Shown: positions 48,601-62,429, counted from the first letter of the stretch. The stretch: DNA of 64,000 nucleotides from Antedon mediterranea (GCF_964355755.1 NC_092671.1:11408001-11472000), one strand, 5' to 3'. Translations and numbers: made by a program. The notes: generated from the letters alone by a model not told the origin.

Positions 48601-51600
48601 GCGTAATAGTTGGGGTTTTGGATAGTAGGGAAAATTATAACCCAGGATGGTCTTGTCGAAGATGTTATGGATTTTTTAAATCAACACCAAATTGTTTTAT
48701 TTTATAGCTGGAAGCTGAGTTTCAAGAGAAGTATGGAGATGCATTCTTAATGTGCACAGTTGAGTCTTTTGCGTAAGTTACATTTTTTATTCTTGATAAT
48801 ATTGGAATATTGAATCATAACACCCATAGAGTTTTCATCAATCAATACTTTTGATTTTTAGTTTTCTATGATAATGTGTATGATTTTTGGTTAAAATTAT
48901 GATTTTTTTCTAACAGGTCTGGGAGCATTGTAGCGAATGTTGCAACATTTTTTAATGCAGAATACAAAGGAGACTTAGCTGAAATAAACACGTTTATTAA
49001 AGATGACGCTATTTATTGTGACAAGGGCATCTGTAATATTGGAGATATCACTAACGTTAATTCCGCAAAAACAGGCATTGAAGGTATTTTGTAAAATCAG
49101 TTTTGTATTGTTTCATTGCTAATGAAGATGAGGGAACACTAATTATCATCATCAAATAAAAAGACTAAAAAAAAACCTACTCATTCATGTTTAGCCAACA
49201 CATTCTGTTATGTGTATACATGGACCATTCAAGTAAATCAGACAGACATAAATCTCTATCCTTATCAAACTATATAACTTAGTTCCAAAGATGCTCATTA
49301 TACTTTTTTACATTGTTGCTTTTCATTGTTAAGTTCCATGTTGAATGTCTGTTGAATTTTAAATGGTTTTAATAATGTTTTTTGTATAGTTCTGCTATTA
49401 AGATAAGATAACTTTATTTCTTCCACAAAGTGGAAATAATGGTCCTAAAGTTATCAATATCAAGTCATAAAGTCAAATCATCTACAAAATTTAAGTATCT
49501 ACCTATTGCAGTTGTACTGGATGATATTAGGGGGAACAAAGGAGATAGATTGCGAATCTATTTGAGTCTCATCCTACCGCTTGGATTGGATGAAGAGGGT
49601 GGGAGACATCCATAACAATGATGTGACTATGATTTTTCTTAAGTTGCTCGATGTAAATGAAGCAATATCAAATGTGAATATTGTTTTCCACACTAGATTT
49701 AGATGAGTGTGCAATTAGCAAAGCCTCAGATATTGAACTGTGTTTGCCACACTCTATGTGTATCAATGAAGTCGGTTCATACACATGTGCCTGTATGGAA
49801 GGATTTCAATCTGTACTCAAGTCAAACAAACAAGTATTTTGTGAAGGTTAGTAACATGAATGGACGAAAATGGGAAATATTAGGCCTATGGTAATGTCTA
49901 AGAGACAAAATGTGTCTTTTTAAAAGTAACCATAACTATTTGTTGATAATACATTAAAGAAAAACAAGAAATATGAAGATCACGAAAAACATGAAAAATG
50001 AAGATTAATTTTAAAAACTACTTCTACTTCTGTAGAAAAAACAATAAAAAAATAATGTTTTGACTTATAAAAAGTCAAATTCCACCAAAACCCATTGACT
50101 TCCAGTCAATGTGACTATTTTTTGCTTTAAATTACAGTTTGTTTAGGTAAATATTTTTTTTAGGTAAATTTGTTTTATTTTCAATCCACTGAATTTTTAG
50201 TGAATAACTATTATTTGACCTTAAAATGGCATATATAAAACAAATTTTAAAAATTATTTTTTCAGGGGGACAATACTTAAAGACTTTAAGAAATAAAATG
50301 GTTATCAACTATTTTACATTAAGGTTTTTTATTATTTGTATAGATTTAAATGAATGTGAACAGAATTCAGGCATATGCTCATCAAAGATCAACAGCTACT
50401 GTGTGAACACATACGGAGGTTATGAATGCCAGTGTGAACCAGCTTTTAAGGACATTCATGGTGTATGTGCTTGTAAGTATATTCATAAAATATTGGTGCT
50501 TTGGTTAATAGATTAAATAATGCCCCGCTTTGAATAAACACCCCCCCCCCCCCCTATAGAACATCATTTTGAATAAAGTACGCTCCCCTCAAATAAACAC
50601 CCCCCCCCCCTATAGAACATCATTTTGAATAAAGTACGCTCCCCTCAAATAAACACCCCCCCCCCCTATAGAACATCATTTTGAATAAACGCTCCCCTCA
50701 AATAAACACCCCCCTCCCTATAGAACATCATTTTGAATAAACGCTCCCCTCAAATAAACACCCCCCCCCCCCCTATAGAACATCATTTTGAATAAACGCT
50801 CCCCTCAAATAAACACCCCCCCTCCCCTATAGAACATCATTTTGAATAAACGCTCCCCTCAAATAAACACCTCCCCCCTCCCCCCTATAGAACATCATTT
50901 TGAATAAACGCTCCCCTCAAATAAACACCCCACCCTCCCCTATAGAACATCATTTTGAATAAACGCTCCCCTCAAATAAACACCCCCCCCCCTATAGAAC
51001 ATCATTTTGAATAAACGCTCCCCTCAAATAAACACCCCCCCCCCCCTATAGAACATCATTTTGAATAAACGCTCCCCTCAAATAAACACCCCCCCCCTAT
51101 AGAACATCATTTTGAATAAACGCTCCCCTCAAATAAACACCCCCACCCCCCCCCCCCCCTATAGAACATAATTTTGAATAAACGCTCCCTTCAAATAAAC
51201 ACCCCCCCCCTATAGAACATCATTTTGAATAAACGCTCCCCTCAAATAACACCCCCCCCCCCTATAGAACATCATTTTGAATAAACGCTCCCCTCAAATA
51301 AACACACCCCCCCTCCCCCTATAGAACATCATTTTGAATAAACGCTCCCCTCAAATAAACATCCCCCCCCCTCCCCTATAGAACATCATTTTGAATAAAC
51401 GCTCCCCTCAAATAAACACCCCCCCCCCCCCCCCCTATAGAACATCATTTTGAATAAAGTACGCTCCCCTCAACCAAATAAACACCCCGGGTCTTTATTT
51501 ATTTGAATAAATTGGTACATAATAAATAGTACATTGATAGATTGAACATCAACCCTCTTTCTGTTACAGCTGTTTGTGATATTATGGAGTGTGAAAATGA

Positions 51601-52833
51601 AGCAACTTGTGTTATCACAGGTGAAGGCAAAGAACCAGAAGCAGTATGCATGTGAGTAGGTGCTCACCTCAATTCCTATATGAAGTATTAATTTGCTTCA
51701 GTGACCTGGGCTGCTGGTTGAATGCCCTTCGCCTCCCCTGCTTCAGTCCAGGGCTGTTGATTTATTGCCCTCTCTCAAGCTTGCATCCATTAAAAATGTG
51801 CACAAAAGTTAATGTTAAGGAGAACTTTATTGAACCTATATGTCTCTGACCCTACCATAAATAATACTATAAAAATATACTATCAATAAAACTGGAATCA
51901 TCAAAAAATTAACATTAATAGGGTTAATACAGTACATTAAACTTTCATTCATATTTAACTAATTTACATACAGGTGCCGATCTGGTTATCAAGGAGAACG
52001 TTGTGAGGAAAAATCAGGTGAATATTTTATTTGTGTGTATTATTACTGTACCATACACCCTTACACAAATTTTGTAAAATACAAGATAAATTGTTACTTA
52101 TTCTTTCATTATTCAATATTTATGATGGAGACTACAATAATAACATTTGTTATCCTTTTGTTTAGATTTATATAAAACAGCAGTAGGTGTCGGTGTCTCC
52201 TTTGTTTTGCTCAGTTTCCTGCTGTTATTAGTCATCATTGTTATGGCATGTAAAAAGCAATCGGGGTAAGTCCCATAATCAGCAGTAATCTAAGTCACTT
52301 CTATTTTATAAACCAAAAACTGTAGAAATAAAATATACACATTCATTCATAATTCAATTTTAACTATTAAAATTGATGTAATTAGTTTTTCTTAAATAAC
52401 AATATTCAAATTGATAGTTTGGTCATTGAATTATACCAAGGCAATCTAACAACAGGACACTGACTTTGCCGTGCCCGAATGCCACAAATACCAACAGTAC
52501 TGTACTATGTACATATTCTCTACGGTCACCAGTGTCTGTTTAAGGGGCATGTAACTGATCGTGTCGCTGCCACAGATAAACCTTTCGATCTCCAAAGCTC
52601 AGCATCCTGTTGTTAAATTGCCTTAGAAATAATTTTAAAAATGAAGTAGTATTGAAAGATGGTGTATATCTAATACATATATTTTTTATCATTTTAGTAA
52701 AACATACCCTGATGAGGACCAGTATATAGATGAAGGATGGGATGAGGGCAAAGGTCATGAAGAAAAACAAAAGGCAAATGGAGGTCACACAAATGTGGTC
52801 ATGATTGCAGGAGATGTGGACAATGAACCAAGG
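42626..52833 (+). CDS. Type I membrane protein: Pro/Thr-rich mucin-like region, 8 EGF/cbEGF, SEA domain, 3 EGF, TM, cytoplasmic tail (5' and 3' ends unresolved)
   Basis: PT-rich exons 42626-42682, 43013-43222 and about 43645-43719. EGF exons near 44030, 44615, 44983, 45492, 45928, 46741, 47125, 47779, 49697, 50344 and 51570+51974. SEA exons 48349-49083 carry the F.SGSIVA cleavage motif. TM exon 52166-52265; tail exon 52698-52833 ends at a splice donor. Confidence 0.88.
50530..51472. repeat. ~55-bp intronic minisatellite, about 17 copies, with variable poly-C
   Basis: Unit aaataaaca(c)9-20tatagaacatcattttgaataaacgctcccctc. Confidence 0.97.
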
Positions 52834-53335
52834 GTGAGAAATTACATTTCATTAGTCCTTTTGTTACACTTTTTCAGCACTGATTGGTCACAGCATTGGA
52901 ATTTACTAATTTGTAGTGGAACTGTTGGTGTTAATGTGCTTCATGCCTTCCAGTTCCAATGGCCAGTGTTCAATCCTGACCTAGTGTTCGGTGTTAACTC
53001 ACAACTGCTTACTCCATTCTCTAAGCCTCAAATGAGCTACACTATCAAACTAGTGATGTACCCAGATATGGTAGTGATATGACATCACCATGTCCATTAT
53101 AATGGGCACATCACATGTAACATAATGTTTGATAGTGTAAACGGAGCTTAAGTTCAACTAATGAATAAGCACGATAATCAGTTTATCCATCCTTGGCGAG
53201 TGTTTTGCTGTATAGTGTTGGATGTGTATAATTTGTTTTTATGTCAACTACCTAACTACATGTGCCTATCTTGTTTGCATTATATTATACAAAATGCTAA
53301 ATTTCAGATAATAACATAAACGAGGGTTTCTTTTC

Positions 53336-53804
53336 TGCGAGTTGCGAGTTGCGAGTTGGAAAATGCGAGTTGCGGGTCGGAAAATGCGAGTTGCGAGTCG
53401 GAAAATGCGAGTTGCGGGTCGGAAAATGCGAGTTGCGGGTCGGAAAACGCGAGTTGCGGGTCGGAAAATGCGAGTTGCGGGTCGGAAAACGCGAGTTGCG
53501 GGTCGGAAAATGCGAGTTGCGGGTCGGAAAACGCGAGTTGCGGGTCGGAAAATGCGAGTTGCGGGTCGGAAAATGCGAGTTGCGGGTCGGAAAATGCGAG
53601 TTGCGGGTCGGAAAATGCGAGTTGCGGGTCGGAAAATGCGAGTTGCGGGTCGGAAAATGCGAGTTGCGAGTCGGAAAATGCGAGTTGCGGGTCGGAAAAT
53701 GCGAGTTGCGGGTCGGAAAATGCGAGTTGCGGGTCGGAAAATGCGAGTTGCGGGTCGGAAAATGCGAGTTGCGGGTCGGAAAATGCGAGTTGCGAGTCGG
53801 AAAT
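53336..53804. repeat. 7-bp (tgcgagt)x3 followed by a 21-bp tandem array, about 21 copies
   Basis: Unit aatgcgagttgcgggtcggaa. Confidence 0.97.
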
Positions 53805-55987
53805 TGTAAAAATAATAATTTTTCAAGGAGGTCGTACCATCCAAAAAAATAAATACATGAACCAAACAATCAGTAAATAAATTACAATTTAAATTTTGTT
53901 TAGTTTTTTTCATATTATGACCTGCTTAACAATTATAGACTAGTGATTCCTTTTTTAACATGGATGTTTAAAAATGGTTGAAATGAACTTATTTTGTATT
54001 TCAACACAAAACAATTATGTTATTGATACTTTATATTTTGAAATAATATAATTGTAAATATAGTAGATTAAAGTTATTATTTAATTTGTTTGCAATTACT
54101 GATGATGATACAATTACTAATAATGATACAATAAATTATGTACATGTATTTTTGCCTTGTTAAATGAGAAAATAATAATAAATTGGTAAGAAAAACTCAC
54201 ATTAAAAAGTACAGTTAGTATTGTTATTATTAGTATTGCAGGGAGGTGTTTACAGTATTTAGGTAAGCTGATTAATTATGATGGTTGGAGTCATTAGTAC
54301 TACCTTGTGTACAGCAGATACCATAAATAGGGCAAGGAAACACATACCATACCTACAGATAATGGTCAAATTTTCAAAGCTATATTATTTTCTTAGAAAT
54401 CATAGTCAATTCTTTATGTTTATAATATTTTTTTGTTAAACATTTTCAGACAAACTGTCCATAGATACATATAAATACATATGAATACAAAAAAAAGAGA
54501 AGAAATACACAGTTTATTATGTGTAACACCCATCAGCAAATCATGGAGAAGACCAATTAATGTATCTATTGAAATATAGTGCATCTCTCCAATTAAAATA
54601 CATTCTGGAATCTAACCATATATTCATAATCTAACATTTTTTTTGCTTTTCATAATTTTGGAAAGAAGACTGTAAATTGTCAACCTAAAAAATTCATAAG
54701 AAGATGGAATATTGTTTTCTACAAATAATTTTCTCTGACTTAGAATAGATATCGGAGTTGACAACAACAACATGCGGAATAAACACAAATTCATGCTTTA
54801 GTATGTACACGTACAGTACAGTAGGCATCTGTCAAATGTACTATGTGTATTTAAAGTAACTTTAGCAGGGTACAGATGTAAATACTGAAATCACTGGTTT
54901 GTTTTTAGAGAAAATATAACTTATAACTAAGATAATTCAAATTTACTTGAATTGAATTGTTGAATTTAGGTGACAATAATCATTGATCTGCGCCCACAAT
55001 TACATAGGAGAAGGAATTATTATTACTTATATACAGTATTGTTTGATGAAATGTGTGATACAGTAGGTGAAATGAAGTTGTATTTTAGTTGTTGTTCAAC
55101 GCGATGATCAAATATACAACACACTAAGAATGTAAAATTAAACTGTACATTTTGTATTGCAAGTGAAAAGATGCAGTAGAGTCGATCGCATATAAAAAAA
55201 CACTTGATCCTCAAATAAATGAATACACAGAATACATTAGAAAGTACTGGAATCAACACAGTGTTGCTTGCTTATGAATTGGTTAAACTGACTGATTAAA
55301 TGAGGAGATTGCACCCTTATTTATATCTTATTGATATATGGGGGTGCCAATTATGACTTCATCGCATAACTTAGAGATGAGAATAGTTAGTTTTTAGATG
55401 AAACTTAAATGACATCATCATCTTTAAGAAGAAATTATAGATGACATCATACCAACTTTAAGTCACAATCCCTTTTGGTATAGTACACAACAAGTGTCCA
55501 TGACAGGTAAATTTATGGGCCCTTTGGGAGTACCTAGTACAAAAGTCTGCATAGTGTAGTGCTGACTTATACAAGTAATAATATGTTAACAATTATATGA
55601 AAATGATTGTGTAAATAATAAAGTTAAAAGTAAATGCATTAAAAATCATGTGGTGGGCTAAACTGTCAGGCTTCTTATATTTATTAGTAGGTAGCAGACA
55701 CAAATCTACAATGTGGACCTTTATCAAAGCAGTCATTAATTGTTTTAGTAAAAGATACCTGCCCCAGGGTGGGAGTTAATTGCTTCATGGAGACCATGAT
55801 GGAGAATTCATTATCTTTTAAACCTACCACCAACCCCACCTCAGCTCCTCCTCCCAACCAAGATCCACATGCCATACATCCCTGAGATGGTTCAAATGTA
55901 GTAAATTTTAAATCAGATTATTTGATACAACATTACCTCTAAATGCCAGTATTTCCTTATACATGAACATTCAAACAAACAAAAATA

Positions 55988-56307
55988 AGCGAGTTAAAAA
56001 AAAATCTGCGAGTTAAAAAAAAATCTGCGAGTTAAAAAAAAATCTGCGAGTTAAAAAAAAATCTGCGAGTTAAAAAAAAATCTGCGAGTTAAAAAAAAAT
56101 CTGCGAGTTAAAAAAAAATCTGCGAGTTAAAAAAAATCTGCGAGTTAAAAAAAAATCTGCGAGTTAAAAAAAAATATGCGAGTTAAAAAAAAATATGCGA
56201 GTTAAAAAAAAATCTGCGAGTTAAAAAAAAATGTGCGAGTTAAAAAAAATGTGCGAGTTAAAAAAAAATCTGCGAGTTAAAAAAAAATCTGCGAGTTAAA
56301 AAAAAAT
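55988..56307. repeat. 19-bp tandem array, about 17 copies
   Basis: Unit tctgcgagttaaaaaaaaa; shares the TGCGAGTT core with the 21-bp array. Confidence 0.97.
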
Positions 56308-57404
56308 GCTTGATTTAAAAACATAAATGTTATATATTTATCAGTTATAATTGGATAACCCTTCTCTTTTAACATTTTAGTGAGCCACTTGAGTGTTCAT
56401 TTCGATTTTAATCTTTTGGATTTTGAACTCTTTACTTTGTTTTGTTTTTGTCTGATGAAATAAATGAAAAAATATACATATTTGAAAATTCTCACTCTGT
56501 TTATATATATGTGTATGTGTGTGTGTGTGGGGGGGGGGGTATTAAGGTGGCACATAAGGAGATACTGGCATGTTTGCATTAGTAGTTATTATTTGTTTTT
56601 TGTACTAAAAACAAGTTAAATTAAATCAATGGCAATCACATAGATAAAAGAAGATAAAAGTTACAACGCAATCAAGTTTAAACTATGTTATGTCCGACAG
56701 CTTCAGGCCCGTAGCCAGGGTGGATTTTTTATGGTTCGGGTGAAAGTATTTATTCTCTCGTTACTATCATCATTATATCATTACCATTAAAATTATAATT
56801 TTACATTGTTTCATTATCCACATAAGTGTACATTGATTCATTGTATTGATTGAAAACATATTTTCACAAATCATATTAAAGAAGAAACTTGATGTAAAAA
56901 AATATTGAGTAATACAGTAGCCTGGATTTATTTATATATGTTGTGAAGCTTTTAACGCTGTGTAGGCTACCCATCCTAGTAAAAAGTAAAAAAAAATCAC
57001 TTGTGCCGCTTCCTTTATATAGTAAGGGCAACAAGGGCCTTGTATATAATTACTAGCCCAGATACTAGCCAGGGCGGGAGTACGTTGTTGCATTGATGAA
57101 AGTTTAGAGAATTGACTGTCAATAGAAATAATGATATATATTTCAATCTTTTGTGGTGGTTTCCCATCTATTTTTATAAAATGTAAATATTAATCAATGC
57201 AGAAAGAAGTAAAAATAGAATGTAACATTCTCGGCTGTATATTAAATAATACAGATGTTTATAACATCTGTATTAACTGTGTAATGTGTCATATTGGATA
57301 CGGTAATGATTGAAATTGTTTGGCTCGCCTTCATAGGGTCAACTATATTGTGTTTTGAGAATATACCCTTCCCAGCATGTCAAGCGAGCTGCCTAAATCT
57401 TCTT

Positions 57405-57650
57405 TAGGTTTCTATTTTCGTATATTTGAGTCTCCCTTTTCCTATATTTTCCTACTTTTTGTATATTTGGGTCTCCCTTTTCGTATATTTAGGTCTCCCT
57501 TTTCGTATATTTGGGGTCTCCCTTTTCGTATATTTGGGGTCTCCCTTTTCGTATAGTGGGGTCTCCCTTTTCGTATAGCGGGGTCTCCCTTTTCGTATTG
57601 GGTCTCGGGTCTCGGGTCTCTGGTCTCGGGTCTCTAGTTTCGAAACACCC
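57405..57650. repeat. 22-23-bp tandem array plus 7-bp (gggtctc)n, ending tttcgaaacaccc; transposon-terminus-like
   Basis: Unit ggggtctcccttttcgtatatt, decaying leftwards. Confidence 0.85.
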
Positions 57651-57994
57651 GTCAAAACCTACCGTATTTAAAAAATACCTGGCCAACCTAAAATCAAAAG
57701 TGTATGGTTTTTGTTCATTAATGAAAACTAATTGATCACAGAAGCTTGTACTAGTAGGCCTACTAATAACATGGGTGGCATAGCTTATCAGAATAGTGTC
57801 TACATATCGTCTATTGCCTTATCTAATCATTAAAACCTCAGACTCAACCATAAATTAAATCTGATCCATCCTCATTGTCTTTATTTTGTATTACTTTTAG
57901 AGCTAAATGATTGGACAATTAGTTCAATTTTGGGGGGTTAAGTAAAAAAGTTGACACAGAAAGTATTTAGTTCATGAGATGATCACAAGTCATA

Positions 57995-59019
57995 ATGGCT
58001 TTCAAAATTCCTACATTATCTGTATCTAAGAAGAAAGTGTATGATATTTCAGGGATTCAAAAATTTGATTGGAGCGAAATCTCATTTCCAAATGAGATTG
58101 GGCGCGGGGCATTTGGTATTGTACATCGAGCTACATACAAAAACAAACTAGTTGTGGTAAAAAAAATTATTACCGAGGATGAAGAATACAAAAAAATGAT
58201 GGCCAAGGAATGCAAACTAATGAGTGCTCTTCAACACAGGAACATAGCAGATTTTAAAGGAGTGTGTGAACAACCTTACTCTATTATGGTGGAGTACTTA
58301 TGCTTTAGCTTTAATCCATTTGGATTTGCAAAACAAGTTAATGATCTCTCTCAGTGGTTAACTGCTATTGACCAATTAGAGGATGCATCAGATATGAATG
58401 ATTTCTCGTCAATAATTGTTACGGACATTGCCAATGGACTAGACTATCTGCATCATCTTAACATTATACACAGAGATCTAAAACCACAAAATGTGCTAAT
58501 CTCCAACAGGCATTATTCTGAAATTAACTGTGAAACTTCAGAATTTTACAGGGAATTTCAAAAGTGTCCCATTCATTGTAAATTGACTGACTTTGGGGAA
58601 AGTAGATCTGACTTCGTTCAGACTAAATCACTTGTAAACAATGCAACAGAAAATGTCCATCGTGGATCTATGCCATATATGGCTCCTGAAATCCTAACAC
58701 ATGAATCACAGTTTAAAGCAAGTATAAATGATCTGAAGAAAATCGATATCTGGGCATTGGGAATGACGATTTATAATATCTGCAATCCTGGGGTAAAATA
58801 TCCATATGAGCTTGACACACAGGAAAAAAGTCAATTTCGGTTTCAGAAGTTTTTGATAAATCAATTAAAGAATGGCAAGCGCCCATCACATTCTACAAAA
58901 TACAGTGATGTTCAAAAAACAAAATGGAAGAAGATAATGAATATATATTTTCGGTGCACCATAGTAAATCCACTAGCCCGTCCAAAAGCTTCATGGATAG
59001 TCCGTGAATTAAAAAAATG
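57995..59019 (+). CDS. Protein kinase domain (exon 1 of the fusion gene)
   Basis: GRGAFG, VVVKK, HRDLKPQN, DFG, YMAPE and DIWALG are all intact; GTAAGT donor at 59020 overlaps the ORF stop. Confidence 0.92.
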
Positions 59020-59486
59020 GTAAGTACAGTTTATTTTGTGACTATAAAATCAATAATTCTTTGTAATTTAATATAGTGCATTTATTGTCTTTGTAATTTT
59101 ATATTATTAAAGCTCAGGCAGGCATGATTTTTATTTATTATTGTCGGAATACATGTACATAAAGAAAAAAATTATGGTCAAATAATTAAGAATTTGCCAG
59201 ACAAACTTTTTCAGTAGTTATGTAGGTATGCTTTAATCTGATTTACTCAACTCTAGAAAGTTATAAAAGTGCAAACAAATTATATATGAGGATATATAGT
59301 GGATAAGTTTTGATATAGCACAAATATAAAAATCTGAAGTTAAATATAAACACCAAAAATAACAAATTCAAGTTAATAGTCATCTGATACATTTTTTTAC
59401 CAAACCGCTTTGTAAGTTAAGAATAAAATGAAAAGTGAATTTTATGTTCAGTGTTGAAACCTATCTAAATTGTCATTCTATTACAG

Positions 59487-60996
59487 TGGTGGTGCTAGTA
59501 CTAGTAGTAACATTGATGACTGCATTGACATTTCTGAAGATGAAGCCAAGTCTAGTAAAAGTGTACCTCATGAAAACAAGAGTCTTAATGAACATGACAT
59601 TGACTGCAGGTAAGAACAGATAATTCTGGGTTATTACATCACAAATTGCGTAGTACAAGACCACAACAATTTATATTATAGAACGTTACAAGCTATAAAT
59701 TATCTGCTGCTAACTTTAAGATAAAACAATTGATATTACTCAATTTAAAGTAAACTTTGCCTAAAATTTTAAATCCATTCTTTATTTTATTAATTAGTGA
59801 CATTGATGACTGCATTGAAATTTCTGAGGCTGAAGCCAAGTCTAGTAAAAGTGTACCTCATAATGAACATGACATTGACTGCAGGTAAGAACACTAAACA
59901 AAAATTAATCCATTATAACATTAAACAGTAATTCTATTATAATGTATTCTCTATCCCTAGACAATTACCTAATTTACAATAACTGAGCCGAACAGAAAAT
60001 AACTGTTAATGATCTGTATAGAGAGCAATTTTTGTTTTTCATTTCATTGGTCGCTTGCATTATTCTATTCTTAATGATAATAATAATAATAAAGTTATCG
60101 GAAAACGGAAAACTTGATTACTTAACAAGTTCGTTTCAGTATACAAGACTATTTACAAAAAAAACAAACAATTAAAAAAAAGTAAAAGAAGTAAAAAGAA
60201 TGTGACTAAACCAATTCTTTATTTTATTAGTAACATTAATGACTGCATTGACATTTCTGAGGATGAAGCCAAGTCTAGTAAAAGTGTACCTCATGAAAAC
60301 AAGAGTCTTAATGAACATGACATTGACTGCAGGTAAGAACAGATAACTCTGTGTTATTACATCACAAGAACAAACCCTTAAAGACCACTTTATATTAAAT
60401 TGACTACATCATGATTTAGTAAAAAAAATTTCCAGTATATTATAGGGAACTTTAAGATTTCTCATATGTCTGTATTCAGTTTACATCTGCCTTATATTCC
60501 TACTTTTTTTCAATGCTAGTAAACTCTATATAGGATTAGTGTTATCTGAAAGATCTTTAATTTAACATGATGTATTGCAAATAGTAACAAAAGAGGTATG
60601 GCAAGGGAGAAGGTGAATGCTGCCATTAAGGATAAAACAATTGATATTCAATTAAAGGTATTTTTCGAAAACTTAGCCTTAAATGTTTATTCTGTTCTTT
60701 ATTTTATTAGTAACATTGATGACTGCATTGACATTTCTGAGGATGAAGCCAAGTCTAGTAAAAGTGTACCTCATGAAAACAAGAGTCTTAATGAACATGA
60801 CATTGACTGCAGGTAAGAACATTATTATGAAATATGATCTTTATTTGATGATTTCAATAAAATTCTTTGCTAATGTAACAATCTCTAAATAAATATGTTA
60901 AACTGACACCCAATTATATAATTTAATTTATTTTATTCTTTCAGTACTGCTCAACAGGCTTTTCAGTACAGAAGACCTACTAGTGAATTGACCATG
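59487..60996 (+). CDS. Four duplicated acidic exons plus a linker exon of the fusion gene
   Basis: 59487-59609, 59798-59884, 60231-60332 and 60711-60812 are all phase 2-2 with AG/GTAAG sites and encode (N/D)IDDCIDISEDEAKSSKSVPHENKSLNEHDIDC; linker exon 60945-60996. Confidence 0.8.
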
Positions 60997-61328
60997 GTAT
61001 GCTAATAATTTGTTTCTAGTTTTATACATACAGTAATTAACAAAATTTGTAAAGCTGTATTGTCCCCAGAAAACATGAAATATGAAGATAAAATAGACTT
61101 TGTAGTTTTAATTAATAAAGTTAATCACTTCCATAGGGAAAAAAAGCCAATCTGACCATTGTTTTGCCTTAAATAACAGTTGTTCAGATAAAAAATAATG
61201 TTTGGTCAAAGTGAATAACTATAACTATATTCAACAAAACAACTTAATTTAACGTTTTTTTGTAAACTTTGCCTGAAATGTTTATTCTGTTATTTATTTT
61301 ATTAGTTTCTAATTTTGTTATGATACAG

Positions 61329-61956
61329 AGAAATCAGGATTTTGTTATAATGGGAGATTTTCATCAGGCTTCCGAGGAACAATTCTTCCATGATGCTGCA
61401 GGTTCTCAGTGCTGCTCCATAAGTATAATGGCGATAGTATTCAGTAAAATGAAAGCATCAGTTAATTGGACTAAAGATATCATTCATGATATAATGATGC
61501 AAGGTGACGCTGTCCATGTGTCAGCTTTAAGAAGGTTGGGATGGCCAGATAAACGAAGAGAAAAAACACTTGATGTTGATGAGCTACCAGAAATTTGGAG
61601 CTATACAGTAGATGGAAAACATATGAAAGCCAGTGTTGGTACGCTTGAAGGTGGCAAGTTTGGCTATAGTTTACACAATTTGCTAACCGAGTCACTTGTC
61701 ATCAATTCATGCTCTTATCTGCTAAGAATTGCAGATAAATGCACTGCCATCATAAAAGATTCCAGTGAAGGATGGAGTCTATTTGACAGTCACGCCTGTA
61801 ACTACAAAGGGCAACGAGACCCTGATGGTGCAGCAAGTATGACAAGGTTTGGGACAGCAACAAGGTTAATTGAACATTTAGCAACATCATATCCTGATGA
61901 TGGACGACAAATTGATATTTTTCCAGTTTATGTGCAGATATTAGGTGAAGATGAAG
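61329..61956 (+). CDS. Herpesvirus large-tegument-type (peptidase C76) deubiquitinase-like domain exon
   Basis: GDFHQ...AGSQCC...WTKDIIHDIMMQGD...LFDSH: catalytic Cys and D-x-H. The exact acceptor is uncertain; donor at 61957. Confidence 0.78.
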
Positions 61957-62429
61957 GTAAGCAATCTGAGTTTCTAAAATCATTATATAGACTGAGTAAT
62001 AAAATTAAAATAATGATAGTAATTTATAATTATTAAAACGCTTAATTGCACACTGTTAAATTTGCAAGTTAAAAAGGAATTAAATCTTCCAACCCTCTAT
62101 TATTAGCATCTATTTTAAAACAATTTTATAATTTGGATTTAATTTAAGTTATTACATATTTTGAGGTGAAATTTCCATTTAAATAATAATCATGATAACA
62201 AACTTTCTTGTGTTAGTATCGCATTAGTTGCAAACATTTCAGTTTTGATGACATCATCAAGTCCAAACACGGATCACTTAACTATACACTATTATATAAC
62301 ACATAAATAAATTCATGTAAATTTACAGTATTGGACAATTGTGGGTCACATGATTTTAATAATTTCCATACAAAATAATGTACCATAATTGATTAATGTG
62401 ACATTAACAATCAATTTTATTTATTTTAG

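Noticed and set aside
50530-51472. CRISPR-like repeat/spacer appearance (also 35021-35326)
   Set aside because: No unique spacers (only poly-C length varies), no cas genes, eukaryotic intron context.
53266-53913. Five overlapping repetitive ORFs (RIFRPAT, SENASCG etc.)
   Set aside because: By-products of a stop-free 21-bp tandem repeat that is open in several frames on both strands.
53320-57650. A single TIR element bounded by the two terminal-like arrays
   Set aside because: Repeat units differ and the flanks (aacataaac versus gtcaaaacc) show no TSD; kept only as a hypothesis.
59435-60892. ORFs 59435-59623 and 60683-60892 (TLMTALTFLKMKPSLV frame)
   Set aside because: Wrong frame; splice phases support the IDDCIDISEDE frame.
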